A stretch of 64,000 nucleotides of DNA from Solirubrobacteraceae bacterium (GCA_016463515.1 JAEMRF010000002.1:15081-79080), one strand, 5' to 3'. Counted from the first letter of the stretch, positions 17,198 through 27,105 are shown. Notes: generated by a model from the letters alone, not told the origin. Numbers and translations are program-made.

Positions 17198-18913
17198 ATG
17201 CTGAGCCGGCGAGTTGTGGCAGGTTCAGTGACGGCGGCTCTGATTGCCGGGTGCGGCGGCGGCGACAAGCCGCGAGCGGCCTCCGATGGGAGGCGCGAGA
17301 TCGTGCGGCCTCCCAGCCCTCAGGTTCTCGCGTACGTGACCGCTCGCGCCGTCGTCGTCGAGGAGGCCGGGAAAGACAGGACCGTTGCTCGCGTCAATCG
17401 TGACGACCGCATCGACCAGTTCCTCTGGTCAGGTGACGGGCGACAACTGGCATGGCTGCAGAACACGGAAGAGCCGTCCTACGAACAGTCACTTCACCTC
17501 GTCGATGTCAGGACTGGTGTCGAGCGGACATGGAAGGACGTGTACGGCCTACTCACGCCGAGTCCCCGCGGCGTCGCGATCGGCGCCTACAACGGTCGCT
17601 TCCACGAGTACCTTCCCGATGGCGCTCAGCGCTCATACCGCGTGACCCTTCCCGCCACGCCCAAGCGGCGCAAGGCGCTTGGGCTCGAGCCAGCGTCACC
17701 CGCCCCCTCCACGGAGACGGCGTTCGCAACGCCGATCAACGGTGATTGGCTGGTTCCTGCGCGCCTGACGGGGGCCGGACCCGAAGGATCGAGGTACGAC
17801 CTGGTCGCCTACCGCGCGGACACCGCGAGCACGCGGGTTCTCCGGCCGAGCCGCGGCGAAGCCGGGATCGCTGCTGCGGTCCGCATCGATGACCGCCGCG
17901 TCGTCTGGGCTACCCAGGCCGGAACAGAGTGTGCAGCCGGGAATTCCCTGGCCGGGTATGGCTTAAAGGTCCCGAACCTTCCGGAGTCGATCGGCGCCGT
18001 CTGGATCGTTCGTGAACTATCTGCCAGCGGGGAGTCGGCCGATCTGATCGCTCGTCGCATGAGTTTCCTGCAGGGGTCGGACACGTGCGCATCAACGGAC
18101 GGTGGCCAACGGACATGGTTTCACCTCCGGAGAGGGAAGTGGCAGCAGCGTGGCGAGGGTGTGGCCGACGTGGCGGTCGCTTCCGACGGGCGGATCGCCC
18201 GCGTGAATGGCACCGTGCCTAGCGGCAAACTGGACGTTGGCCTGGAAGCGGACGAACTGGCATACGGCAGCGCGTGGCTCGAGCCCGTGGGTGGCGAGCG
18301 GACACCGCTACCGAAGGGAACGAGGGCGGTCGCATTCTCTCCGGCGTCGCCAATGACGTTGCGCACTACGGTGGGCGATGGGCCAGCGCTCACTTCGCGG
18401 GCGGTGCTGACGCCGTCCGGGGTCGGCGCGCTCCAGCTCGGGCGTTCCCTTGCGAGCATCCGGGCAGCGACGAGCACTGCTCTGACGACGCTCTCTCGGA
18501 ACGGGCGGTGTACGGAGATCCGCGCCACAGACCTGCGTCTCGACAACCGGCTCGGGGTCCGCGGCACGCTCGTCGACGACACGCTCGAAGCGCTCTCGGT
18601 CACCACGCGCGACACGAAGATCGATGATGAGGATGACTACGGGATCGGTGATCTGCAGCCGGGCGTGAAGAAGGTGGTACCCCGCGGGCCACGGACCTGG
18701 CGAGGCGTTCGGGCCGGGGACGCGCTCAACGATCTCGTGGCCGCTCACGGCATGCCCGCTCGCCGTACGACGAGATCCAGACAGGGCGCTGTCGAGTACG
18801 AGTACCAGGTGAAGGGCGGGCTTCTTGTCGCGCGTGCGGACGCGAACGCGACGGTCCGGCGGATCGATCTGTTTCGCGGCGGCACGGCGCCGTCCTGCGC
18901 GGCCCGCGACTAA
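17198..18913 (+). CDS. Lipoprotein, paralogue 2 (571 aa).
   Basis: Lipobox LIAGC. The start is 1 nt after the upstream stop. It is paralogous to 15436-17196. Confidence 0.7.
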   Translation: MLSRRVVAGSVTAALIAGCGGGDKPRAASDGRREIVRPPSPQVLAYVTARAVVVEEAGKDRTVARVNRDDRIDQFLWSGDGRQLAWLQNTEEPSYEQSLHLVDVRTGVERTWKDVYGLLTPSPRGVAIGAYNGRFHEYLPDGAQRSYRVTLPATPKRRKALGLEPASPAPSTETAFATPINGDWLVPARLTGAGPEGSRYDLVAYRADTASTRVLRPSRGEAGIAAAVRIDDRRVVWATQAGTECAAGNSLAGYGLKVPNLPESIGAVWIVRELSASGESADLIARRMSFLQGSDTCASTDGGQRTWFHLRRGKWQQRGEGVADVAVASDGRIARVNGTVPSGKLDVGLEADELAYGSAWLEPVGGERTPLPKGTRAVAFSPASPMTLRTTVGDGPALTSRAVLTPSGVGALQLGRSLASIRAATSTALTTLSRNGRCTEIRATDLRLDNRLGVRGTLVDDTLEALSVTTRDTKIDDEDDYGIGDLQPGVKKVVPRGPRTWRGVRAGDALNDLVAAHGMPARRTTRSRQGAVEYEYQVKGGLLVARADANATVRRIDLFRGGTAPSCAARD

Positions 18914-21900
18914 CTGCTGGGTCCGCGGCAGGCGGATCGGTAGCGAGGCAGCGAGTCCTTCACCACCGAGTACCACTCGGCCGGCTTCAGCGTGCGGCGC
19001 AGTCGATCGCATATCTCTTGGCTCCAGGCCTCCACTCCGAGCCCGCGGACCCTGACCGTCCCGTCGTCACCGGGCAGAGTCGCCATGCGGCCTCCACGTG
19101 CCGCGACGTCGACGGCGCCGCCGCCTGCAAGTTCACCCAGGAGATCGAGAGACCTGTCTGAGGTGTAGACACGCGTTGAGCGCGGATCCGCGACGACGAG
19201 GTGGCGGCCGTCGGGTGTCCACTCCACCGCCTGCGAGGCATGACGGAGTTTCGTCGGCTCTGCGATCACGCGAGGCGTGGCGCCGGAGATGTCGAGCAGC
19301 GCCAACTCCGCGCCGACGCCGGCGACGGTCGACGAACCTGGGCGCCGGGCCAGATCCAGGAATCCTGCGTCCCGAAACGCGACCGTCTTGCCGAGCGGCC
19401 GCAGGTCCCGGCCCAGTGTTCGCAGAGTTGCTGGACTCCCTCCGACGATGCTGGTGGCAACGAGCAGTCGACTGTCAGACAACCAGGTCAGCGCCGAGAC
19501 ATCCAGATCCTTTAGGTCCTCGTTCCACCGGAGTGTCTCGGCGTCGAGCGTCACGACGCCGGTTTCCGAGAACGCGCCGACAGCGAGCGTTCGCCCGTCC
19601 GGAGACAACGCGAGTGCGTTGATCTGGTCGGGGAACGTCTGGCTTTCGGTCGGCGTGGTATCCGTGTTCTCGAGGTCAACGCGTGCCACCCTGCCGGCAG
19701 CCCCGGCGACCCACGCGACTGTGCCCCTCGGATCGACGGTCACCGCTCTGATGGCGAATCCAAACGGCAGTTCGATGACACGGTCCCGGTCCGGATCGTC
19801 CAGGTCGACCAGCCCGAGCTTTCGCTCCGCACCGACCACCAACCGATTGCGCTGCGCGGCCCACGCGATCCTGCGGCCGCCGGTCGCGCCTGAGTAGATG
19901 ACTGAGCCAGGAGTCCGGCCGTCCAAAGGCATGACTTGCACCTGTCGCTCGTCCGCCACGGCGAGCCGGTCGAGTGCGCGATCGACGGCCAATGCCCGCC
20001 ATCCGCGAGGGATGACGGTTGCGCCTGACACTTCGGTGCGAGCCGAGACGATGGCGGCGTCCGTGTCACCGGCGACCAGCACCGCATCAGTGCCGTCGAT
20101 CCGCGCCACCAGCCGGACCTTCCAATCCAGAGGGACGGTTCGCACGGAGGTCCAGCGGGTGCCTTTGATGCGCGCAACCTCGACTCCGCGTTCGTCCTGG
20201 GTGATGCCGACGTAGCGTCCCGCTCCATCGGACGTGACAGATCGGCGCACCTGAGCGCCGCCGGTTCGGCGAACGGGAGTTGTCTTGCCGGTGGCAAGAT
20301 TCGCGGTCACGAGTCGGTACTCGCGCCTGCCGTCCGTGAGCAGCAGTAACGGTTCCTCAGAGTCGGGCTTAGGAAGCACGAGCGCATCGTCGTCGCTGTC
20401 GAGGTCGTGCCAGCGGATGCGCCTGAACTCGGGACCAGCGATAACCCCAGCCCGGCCCTTTCCTCCGACGACGATGTGCCGCTCGTCAGCGGTGAACTCG
20501 GCGTCGTTGATCCCGGCCGTCTTGAAGGTGACGACCGCCGATGAGCCCAGCCTACGTATCTCAAGCGATCTGTAGTCGCTCGTCGCCAGCCATTTCCCCC
20601 CGCCTTCTGAGAGCCCGATGCCGCGCACGCGCTCGAAGGGCCGAAAGACCTCCTGCTCATCGGCTTGACGACCATCCGTGGCCAGGAAGGACTCGATGGT
20701 CCCAGGACCGCCGACAAGCAGCCGTCCCGCGCCGTCGAAGCCGAGCTCGCTGGGTGGCCAGCCGGGCCTAATCGTGGTCGACCGCTCGTTGGCGCCTTTG
20801 TACACGCTCAGGAACTTGCTCATCGCGTTGTCGCTCGGCATGACCACCTGCTCTTCGACTCGCAGGAGAGACGCGAGGTCTGGATCGGTGTTCTTGAGCC
20901 GCGCCTCGGCGGCATCTATACGTCCCGGGAGAGCCCGCTGCGCCGCTGGCAGCGGATCGGGACGGACCTGCTGCCAAGTGACGAACACCGCCGCAAGTAC
21001 CGCGACCACAAAGGCCCCGATGGTCTTGACCGGCCACGGATCGCGGCGGAGGGCGGCCGCGAGCGCCGCGTCGACCGACTTGACCTGCGTGAGGGGCACA
21101 TCGTCCCGAAGCCCGTCGATGTCCTGTTCCTGATCGCCGGCGAGCAGGAGCATCCGCATCTGGGCGAAGTACTGGCGGCGCAGCTCGCTGCGCTCATCAG
21201 GCGACAGCTGACGCTCGGGCTGAGGCGTGAGCTTCCCCAACAAGCCGCCAACGGCCCGGGTGTTGCCGTCGCTGTCGATAGCGGCAGTGGCACCGACGCC
21301 TCGGTCGAGCGGGTTACCGTCGAGCCTGTGCCGCCGCCGCAACACGAGCTTGACTCGCTCGGCGCGCCCGGGCTGGCGGGTCGCCGCGCGCGCGGCGATC
21401 GCGAGGGCCAAGCCGGCGCTGTTGCCGCTCAGCGAGTCGGTGAAGTGGGGCGTTTCCCCCTTCTTGTCGACGTGCTTCAAATCCTGCAGTGCGTAGCGGA
21501 GTGGCGCTCGCGAGCCGCCTTCGCGTGAACTCAGGTAGGCATCAACGGCAGTCTCCATCGCACGCCAGTCTTGATCTCGCGGGGCCAGGACGCCGTCGAG
21601 ATCCTCGTGGATGCCGGGTGCCAATCCATCGCGCTCCGACACCTTGACTCGGAGGAGTTGGCCAGCGGTCTGCGACGCATTGGTCGTCGGGAACAGCATC
21701 ACCGCGCTCTGTCGGGGATCGGCTGTACGGTTCGTGAACCGCGCGGCGGCGTCGGCGAGCGGAGCAAGACGCGCCGTGGGCCACCGCTCGCAGACGCGTG
21801 CGAGCTTCGCCTCAGCGTCCTCCGGGGCGCTAATGGTCCCGAGTTCAATGAGCGCGTCCGCCTTGTGGACTTGTCGTTCGCTCCAAGTCTCGATGGCAGC

Positions 21901-22131
21901 CGCCAGGTGGTCGGCGCGGTCGGAAGCGTCGACGGCGCACGCCAGCGCGACGGCTGCGATTGCCTGGGCACGGCGAGCGCTTTCCGGGACTCTGAGCTCG
22001 ATAGCTTCGATCTCGGCTGAGGAGCCGTAGGCGTGATCTTGGAGAGTTTCCAGATCGCCCTCGGCCACGGCCCGGTCGCAGGCGAGCAGAAACCCGCCGT
22101 CGATCAGCGCGCTCGCGCTAGGACGCGCCAT
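18910..22131 (-). CDS. Large membrane protein: N-terminal helical region plus a Lon (S16)-like Ser-Lys protease domain, one TM helix, and C-terminal WD40/TolB-like beta-propeller repeats.
   Basis: DSLSGNSAGLALAIAA (compare Lon GPSAG) and AVGGLLGKL (compare Lon IGGLKEKL). TM helix IGAFVVAVLAAVFVTW. Repeats include SPDGRTLAVG and WTPDGRHLVV. Confidence 0.8.
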   Translation of the reverse strand: MARPSASALIDGGFLLACDRAVAEGDLETLQDHAYGSSAEIEAIELRVPESARRAQAIAAVALACAVDASDRADHLAAAIETWSERQVHKADALIELGTISAPEDAEAKLARVCERWPTARLAPLADAAARFTNRTADPRQSAVMLFPTTNASQTAGQLLRVKVSERDGLAPGIHEDLDGVLAPRDQDWRAMETAVDAYLSSREGGSRAPLRYALQDLKHVDKKGETPHFTDSLSGNSAGLALAIAARAATRQPGRAERVKLVLRRRHRLDGNPLDRGVGATAAIDSDGNTRAVGGLLGKLTPQPERQLSPDERSELRRQYFAQMRMLLLAGDQEQDIDGLRDDVPLTQVKSVDAALAAALRRDPWPVKTIGAFVVAVLAAVFVTWQQVRPDPLPAAQRALPGRIDAAEARLKNTDPDLASLLRVEEQVVMPSDNAMSKFLSVYKGANERSTTIRPGWPPSELGFDGAGRLLVGGPGTIESFLATDGRQADEQEVFRPFERVRGIGLSEGGGKWLATSDYRSLEIRRLGSSAVVTFKTAGINDAEFTADERHIVVGGKGRAGVIAGPEFRRIRWHDLDSDDDALVLPKPDSEEPLLLLTDGRREYRLVTANLATGKTTPVRRTGGAQVRRSVTSDGAGRYVGITQDERGVEVARIKGTRWTSVRTVPLDWKVRLVARIDGTDAVLVAGDTDAAIVSARTEVSGATVIPRGWRALAVDRALDRLAVADERQVQVMPLDGRTPGSVIYSGATGGRRIAWAAQRNRLVVGAERKLGLVDLDDPDRDRVIELPFGFAIRAVTVDPRGTVAWVAGAAGRVARVDLENTDTTPTESQTFPDQINALALSPDGRTLAVGAFSETGVVTLDAETLRWNEDLKDLDVSALTWLSDSRLLVATSIVGGSPATLRTLGRDLRPLGKTVAFRDAGFLDLARRPGSSTVAGVGAELALLDISGATPRVIAEPTKLRHASQAVEWTPDGRHLVVADPRSTRVYTSDRSLDLLGELAGGGAVDVAARGGRMATLPGDDGTVRVRGLGVEAWSQEICDRLRRTLKPAEWYSVVKDSLPRYRSACRGPSS

Positions 22132-23185
22132 GCTTGAGCGCGCTGGCTACAGCAGACTGCTGGCCGCCGGTCGGCAGTGTGTCGGCAAGCTCGTTCCAGC
22201 GCTGCGTGGCGGCGCTGTGCCCACGCGCAGCTCTAACGCTCATCTCCAAGTGAGCTGGATCGGCCTGCTCCAGCGCTGGCAGGGCGAGGGCGGCCACGCT
22301 CACCTCGAACTCAAGTCGGCTTCGACCCCTGAACTGATGACTTGTGCTGTGCAGCGACGCGTTGCCCTCGCACCCATTGCGAGTCCGAAACAGAGGGACG
22401 TACAGGACGCCGAGCCCCTCGATCTTGAGGGCCGCCATCTCAGCGGTGGTGGATGTCCACGGGATGAACGTCACCGTGTCCTCCACCGGCAGGATTTCGA
22501 CGATCAGCCGCGGGTCGGGGTCGGGCTCGTAGGGCGGGAAGACCAGCTCTCGTACGCGAGGTGATGCAGCATCTGCGGCGTCGAAGAAACCACTGCCACT
22601 TGCGGCTTGAAGTGCCGGTCCGCTGAACTCGATCGAGCCGAGGATGGTGGTCCCTATCTGCTGGATCGCCGATGCCGCGCGATCCAGGCGGCTTGGCGGC
22701 GAGGGCTCAACGATGCTCGCGTGCTCGACGGGCCACGGCTCGTCTGGGAAGAGAACGTTCCAATCTCCACGAAGGTGGGACAGGCGCATCTCTACGTCAC
22801 CCAGCTCGTCGTCGGGGGCCAGGACCAGCATCATGTCGTAGTGCTGGATCTGTGACTTGAGCACCGCAAGCAGGAAGGGGTGGCTGGACGCGAGTTGCTC
22901 TTGGTTCCACAGGTCGCGGAACGCCGGGGTCGTCACCACATCCGGGTCGGTGTAGAGATCGGTGTCGCCATCCTGGCTCTGGAAGAGGCCGACTCGCCAC
23001 TCGGCCTTCGCGTCGATTGATTCGCCGGCGTGGAGACCGGCCCACGGAGGCGCGACGACGAGCCATCCACCGCGGGTCGGGGCGAGAAGCACTTCTCCGC
23101 GGCCCACCCAGGCCGGGACGGGCTTGAACTCTGCCTCGCGGGGAGCGAGTGCGGCGATTAGGTCTGAGTTCTCGTCAAGTGTCAT
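22118..23185 (-). CDS. Hypothetical protein (355 aa), overlapping the start of the Lon-like gene by 14 nt.
   Basis: An internal ATG (MTLDENSD) was chosen because the upstream extension is Arg-rich junk. Composition is acidic and coding-like. Confidence 0.6.
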   Translation of the reverse strand: MTLDENSDLIAALAPREAEFKPVPAWVGRGEVLLAPTRGGWLVVAPPWAGLHAGESIDAKAEWRVGLFQSQDGDTDLYTDPDVVTTPAFRDLWNQEQLASSHPFLLAVLKSQIQHYDMMLVLAPDDELGDVEMRLSHLRGDWNVLFPDEPWPVEHASIVEPSPPSRLDRAASAIQQIGTTILGSIEFSGPALQAASGSGFFDAADAASPRVRELVFPPYEPDPDPRLIVEILPVEDTVTFIPWTSTTAEMAALKIEGLGVLYVPLFRTRNGCEGNASLHSTSHQFRGRSRLEFEVSVAALALPALEQADPAHLEMSVRAARGHSAATQRWNELADTLPTGGQQSAVASALKHGAS

Positions 23186-23289
23186 CTGCTCGTGGCGACT
23201 GGAGTGCCGCTTGTAGTATCCCGCGCCGAGTCGATCATGCTCGCGTTCGTCGGCGCGTCCGGCTCCGACACTCTTTGATCGAACGTTGC

Positions 23290-24636
23290 ATGGCGCCCTC
23301 CTGGAAGACAATCCTCGCCGAGTACACGAGTTCCGTTCACGACAGGAGCGGCTGGACCGGTCCGCAGCCAGACGAGGAGGAGCTTCACGCGTCCCTGCTT
23401 GATCGGTACGGAAAGATCGGAGCCGAAGACCTGTGCGCGCTCGACCGGTTGGTCCGCGCGATTGGTTCTGCCAGCCCGCCGTCCGTGGTGACTCGCCCAC
23501 CCCTCGCGGAAGTCGCGAGACCAGACCGGGCGCCTGACGCGGCGATCATCAACAACCTGGGAGGACGCGATCACCCGAAGCTCGTCGCTACGCTCATCGC
23601 ACGCGACATCAGCGGCGGCAGCTACATAACTTCGGTCTTCTGTCACGGGCGCGCCGGCAACGCCGTTCGGGCGAAAGGGGTGACGAGGCGCCTCAAGGCT
23701 GAGGCCGCGAATAAGGAGGAGCCGCAGGCCCTGCCGGAGGGGCCGTATGGCACTCAGATGTGGCTTGAAGGCGGTCCCCGTGAGCGGCTCGCCGGGTGGG
23801 CACTCGCCACCCCCGCAGAGGTCTACCCCGAAGCGCTCGGACCCGTCCTGAAGGGGACTGTCGATGACCCAGAACACGCGGACCATTGGGCGGGGCCTGT
23901 TCCGAACCACGGGTTGCAGGTCGAGCCCGGCGGTTTGATCCTGTCTCAGCTCGAGCACATCGGGTGGGCGGAAGCCGCGCGACGGGTGAACGCCCCTGGC
24001 GGATTCGCGCAGCCATGCACCCAGTTGCCGCTCTTGGTTGATTCGGTTCCCTGGGGGTTCTCGGACGAGGACCCCTATGTGCCCCTGGGCCACTGGCACC
24101 CGGGCTTGGATCCGGAGTTCATCGCCCACATCAGTGGCCTGAGACGCCCGTGGGCCGCCATGGCGTTCACGTTCGCCGAGCGCGAGAGCGCTCACTTGGA
24201 CCGGATTACACATGCTGAGCATGGAAGCGGACATGACCTGGTCTCGAAAGTCTGCCGCGAACTCATTGCTGGCCGGGTGGATCCGGTGCCGGGCGTCGAA
24301 GTCGAGAACAAGGCCGCCGCGTGGTGTCTCGTCGGGCCGTTCACGGTTGATGACAGCCCCGTGGCGGCTGACATGTTGGTGACCCTCGGGACAAAGGAGC
24401 AGCCTCTTGCTGCCTGGTTGATCGCGACGTCGCTGTCGGCCGACGAGCGGACTCTCCTGGCGAACTGTGCGGCCCGGCACCTGTGGCGCGGGCGGGTCGG
24501 AGACGCGCTGGCCCAGGCCCTTTCGGACAAGCACGAACTTCACAAGGTTCGAGCGAAAGAAGAGCCTGTGCGCGCGTTCGTCCGCGCCATGGTGTGCGCG
24601 GGCGAGGCGTGGTGCGCCCTCGGCGCGGCGTCTTGA
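23290..24636 (+). CDS. Hypothetical protein (448 aa).
   Basis: It starts at the internal ATG (MAPSWKTIL) and is divergent from 22118-23185. I recognised no motif. Confidence 0.6.
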   Translation: MAPSWKTILAEYTSSVHDRSGWTGPQPDEEELHASLLDRYGKIGAEDLCALDRLVRAIGSASPPSVVTRPPLAEVARPDRAPDAAIINNLGGRDHPKLVATLIARDISGGSYITSVFCHGRAGNAVRAKGVTRRLKAEAANKEEPQALPEGPYGTQMWLEGGPRERLAGWALATPAEVYPEALGPVLKGTVDDPEHADHWAGPVPNHGLQVEPGGLILSQLEHIGWAEAARRVNAPGGFAQPCTQLPLLVDSVPWGFSDEDPYVPLGHWHPGLDPEFIAHISGLRRPWAAMAFTFAERESAHLDRITHAEHGSGHDLVSKVCRELIAGRVDPVPGVEVENKAAAWCLVGPFTVDDSPVAADMLVTLGTKEQPLAAWLIATSLSADERTLLANCAARHLWRGRVGDALAQALSDKHELHKVRAKEEPVRAFVRAMVCAGEAWCALGAAS

Positions 24637-24770
24637 CGTTCCTCTGAGTGGGAGCACCCCTCCTACACGCGCGAGCCAGCCGCCGTGTGACATCCGCTCT
24701 CGCCTTGAGTTGGGGTCAGGAAGTGTGGAAGACCCGTCCCCGGCCGGAACCGCGGTGCGACCGTTGCTGA

Positions 24771-24786
24771 GCGCCCGATCGGGCGC
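24771..24786. promoter_or_regulatory. Perfect 16-nt palindrome GCGCCCGATCGGGCGC upstream of the small ORF.
   Basis: Read directly from the sequence. It lies 30 nt upstream of the ATG at 24816. Confidence 0.35.
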
Positions 24787-24815
24787 GTCATCAACCAACC
24801 ATCGGAAGGAGCCAC

Positions 24816-24989
24816 ATGGCTCACTGGAACCCTGAGAACGCGCCCGAGATCCGCCCGGGCGTCGCTCCGCTCAACCCCTCGCAGACGCCCCGGCACCTGG
24901 GCGCGGCTGCGATCCGCGGCGCCCAGCAGGCGCAGCAGGCCCAGCAGAAGGCGCTCGGCGCCGCCGCCATCCGCGGCGCGCAGCGCTAG
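24816..24989 (+). CDS. Small protein (57 aa) with a duplicated LGAAAIRGAQ motif.
   Basis: A GGAAGGA RBS lies 5 nt upstream. The two motif copies differ at 5 synonymous and 0 non-synonymous positions. A strong hairpin follows the stop. Confidence 0.55.
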   Translation: MAHWNPENAPEIRPGVAPLNPSQTPRHLGAAAIRGAQQAQQAQQKALGAAAIRGAQR

Positions 24990-25003
24990 CCAGACCGAAG
25001 CGG

Positions 25004-25031
25004 GGACCGGCGCCACGAATGGCGCCGGTCC
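25004..25031 (+). terminator. Stem-loop with an 11-bp perfect stem (GGACCGGCGCC-ACGAAT-GGCGCCGGTCC).
   Basis: It begins 15 nt after the TAG at 24987-24989 and is followed by TCCTCT, which is a weak U-tract. Confidence 0.5.
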
Positions 25032-25181
25032 TCCTCTGCCAGCGCCCGCGCGGCATCAGCAACACCGCGCCGCTCGCCGGTCCAACGCGTCGCCCGAGCA
25101 CGCGGGCGTATGGCCCGGCAGGTGCGCCCGCGGCCGAAGGCTCCTTCCACAACGCCGTGGCAAACCCGGGAGGTCGTGACG

Positions 25182-26066
25182 ATGCACGGTGAACCTTTCG
25201 ATGGTCAGGACTCAGCCCGCAGCGATCGGCTGCTCCAGGACACCAGGCGGCAGCTTGGCCAGCGCCTGGCCGGCGACCGCCTGCTGACCCCCGACGGTGT
25301 GGACAAGGCCCTCCGCGTTCTCGCCGAGGAACTCGCGGATGGGCGGTGGCAAGACGCAGTGGCGGCCGAGTGCCGCGGCGCGTACCTCGCTGGGCAGTTC
25401 AGCGCGGTCGAGTGCGCGTTCGCGGCCCTGAGCGCGCCGAGCGCGCCACAGCACGACCAGGGCTGGCGTACGTCCGAGGATCGCCTTCAGCAGATCATGT
25501 GGGAGCTCCTGCGCGGGATTCCGGACCACGAGCGCTGGGCAACCGACGGCTGGAACCTGGACGACGACGACGACGGCGAGTCGTGCGTGCCAGCGGTCGC
25601 GGCCGCGCGCCACCAGATCCTGTCGCGCCTGGCCAAGCGCCGCGTCGAGTCGCATCGCGACGATGAGAGCGACGCGCGTACGGTCGAAGCCATCCGGCGG
25701 ACCGGACGTCTCGCCACCTGGTCCGCGGAGTGTTCTCTCGATGACTTCGTCCGCTACGCGAAGGAGCGGCTGCCGGTAGCGCAGCATCCGAGGCTTGCGC
25801 GCTGGGCCGAAGACAAGCTGCTCGGTCTCGACCAGTCCGAAGTCGCCCGCCGCCATGGCATCGGGCACGCCTCGCTGCGGCAGGAGCAGACCCGCTTTCG
25901 CAGGCTGCTCGAGCCGATTCTGCGCGACTGGCTCAGCGACCGCGAGGCTGCACCATCGGCGGTCCGCTCCGCGGTCGCGCCGACACGGTCCGGCGGCGGC
26001 AGCTCGCGCGGGTCGCACGCAACCCCGCGCCGCGGCATGCCACTTCGAGCGGCCGGGCGGCGTTGA
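25182..26066 (+). CDS. Hypothetical protein with a C-terminal sigma-70 region-4-like HTH.
   Basis: A GGGAGG RBS precedes the ATG at 25182. LGLDQSEVARRHGIGHASLRQEQTRFRRLL resembles a region-4/LuxR-type HTH. Confidence 0.5.
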   Translation: MHGEPFDGQDSARSDRLLQDTRRQLGQRLAGDRLLTPDGVDKALRVLAEELADGRWQDAVAAECRGAYLAGQFSAVECAFAALSAPSAPQHDQGWRTSEDRLQQIMWELLRGIPDHERWATDGWNLDDDDDGESCVPAVAAARHQILSRLAKRRVESHRDDESDARTVEAIRRTGRLATWSAECSLDDFVRYAKERLPVAQHPRLARWAEDKLLGLDQSEVARRHGIGHASLRQEQTRFRRLLEPILRDWLSDREAAPSAVRSAVAPTRSGGGSSRGSHATPRRGMPLRAAGRR

Positions 26067-26217
26067 GCCGGTTCTCCACCGTTCGGTGATTCGGCGCTAG
26101 GGCTTCCAAGCGGGCTGGGGCCAGAAAGTGTGGAACCGGCGGGGCGGTCCAGCCGGGCGTTGGGAGTGTGTGGTCACCGCGGCCGGCCGGGCCGCGGAGA
26201 CCTCGCCGGAGAAAGCG

Positions 26218-27105
26218 ATGCCGACCCAACACTCCACCACCACTGACTTCGGGCCTCTCGCTGTGGCTGTGCGCAAAGGTGACAGCGAGGAGAGCATCGA
26301 CGCTGTCTATGTCGGGATGGGCGTCGCCACCCGGAGGCGTCTCGTCACTGGCGACTTGCCGCTCGACGCGCTTGGCATGATGCTCGTCGCCGAGCGAGCC
26401 CGCATCGCCGTTGGTGCGAAGCGCGTGATCCACTTGATCGCCGACACGCACGCGCTGGTCAATGACTTCGCCACAAGTTCCGCAGTCGAGCGCGCCGCCG
26501 CATCCTTGGCCGCGCACGTCAAGTGTGCGGCGCAAGTGCTCGGCCTCGGGCCTTACCAGGTGCTCCGGGCGTCCCAGATCGACGCGTGCGGCGCTGATCG
26601 CCGACTCCACGGGCGCCTGTACCGTGAGGCGCAGCGTGTGACGAACGACCCGTACGCTGCCCGCCAGGCAGCCGATGTCGAGTGGGCGCGGCGAGTCTTC
26701 GGTGCCGGCGTGAAGATTGGATGGACCATGGAATCCGACCTGGATCGCCCGGTGCTCGGCTACGACGAGCGGTACTTCGACGCGGTGCACCGTGACGTCT
26801 TTGGGGACGGCCTGACCTACATCTACACCGCAGCGGGTCGCCGCCGCGACGAGCGTCCACGCACGAGCCCCTACGCGAACGAGCCTGGGGAGCGGCGCAT
26901 CACCGTTACTTCGAGCCCTGAACAGATCACCGACGCGTGTGGAAGCCCGAGGATGCGCGCCCACCTGCGGCCGCTGGTGGCTGAGCTGCGCGACGCGCTC
27001 ACACTTCCCGCCCACGACGACCTTGCGGCCGACATCGCCAGCGTGTTGAGTGTTGTTGCTGCGCACCGTTCCACTACTCCGGAGACTCCCCGCCGTGCTG
27101 CCTGA
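26218..27105 (+). CDS. Hypothetical protein (295 aa), first gene of the tyrS operon.
   Basis: A GGAGAAA RBS precedes the ATG at 26218. Its end overlaps the tyrS start by 11 nt. Confidence 0.6.
   Translation: MPTQHSTTTDFGPLAVAVRKGDSEESIDAVYVGMGVATRRRLVTGDLPLDALGMMLVAERARIAVGAKRVIHLIADTHALVNDFATSSAVERAAASLAAHVKCAAQVLGLGPYQVLRASQIDACGADRRLHGRLYREAQRVTNDPYAARQAADVEWARRVFGAGVKIGWTMESDLDRPVLGYDERYFDAVHRDVFGDGLTYIYTAAGRRRDERPRTSPYANEPGERRITVTSSPEQITDACGSPRMRAHLRPLVAELRDALTLPAHDDLAADIASVLSVVAAHRSTTPETPRRAA

Noticed and set aside
26067-27094. A T-box or other riboswitch leader in front of tyrS.
   Set aside because: tyrS starts inside the end of the preceding ORF. There is no free leader and no specifier or T-box-like sequence.
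26218-27105. The gene upstream of tyrS as a class-I aminoacyl-tRNA-synthetase paralogue or a cyclodipeptide synthase.
   Set aside because: I could find no HIGH/KMSKS-type motif and no CDPS signature residues. HLIADTHA alone is insufficient.
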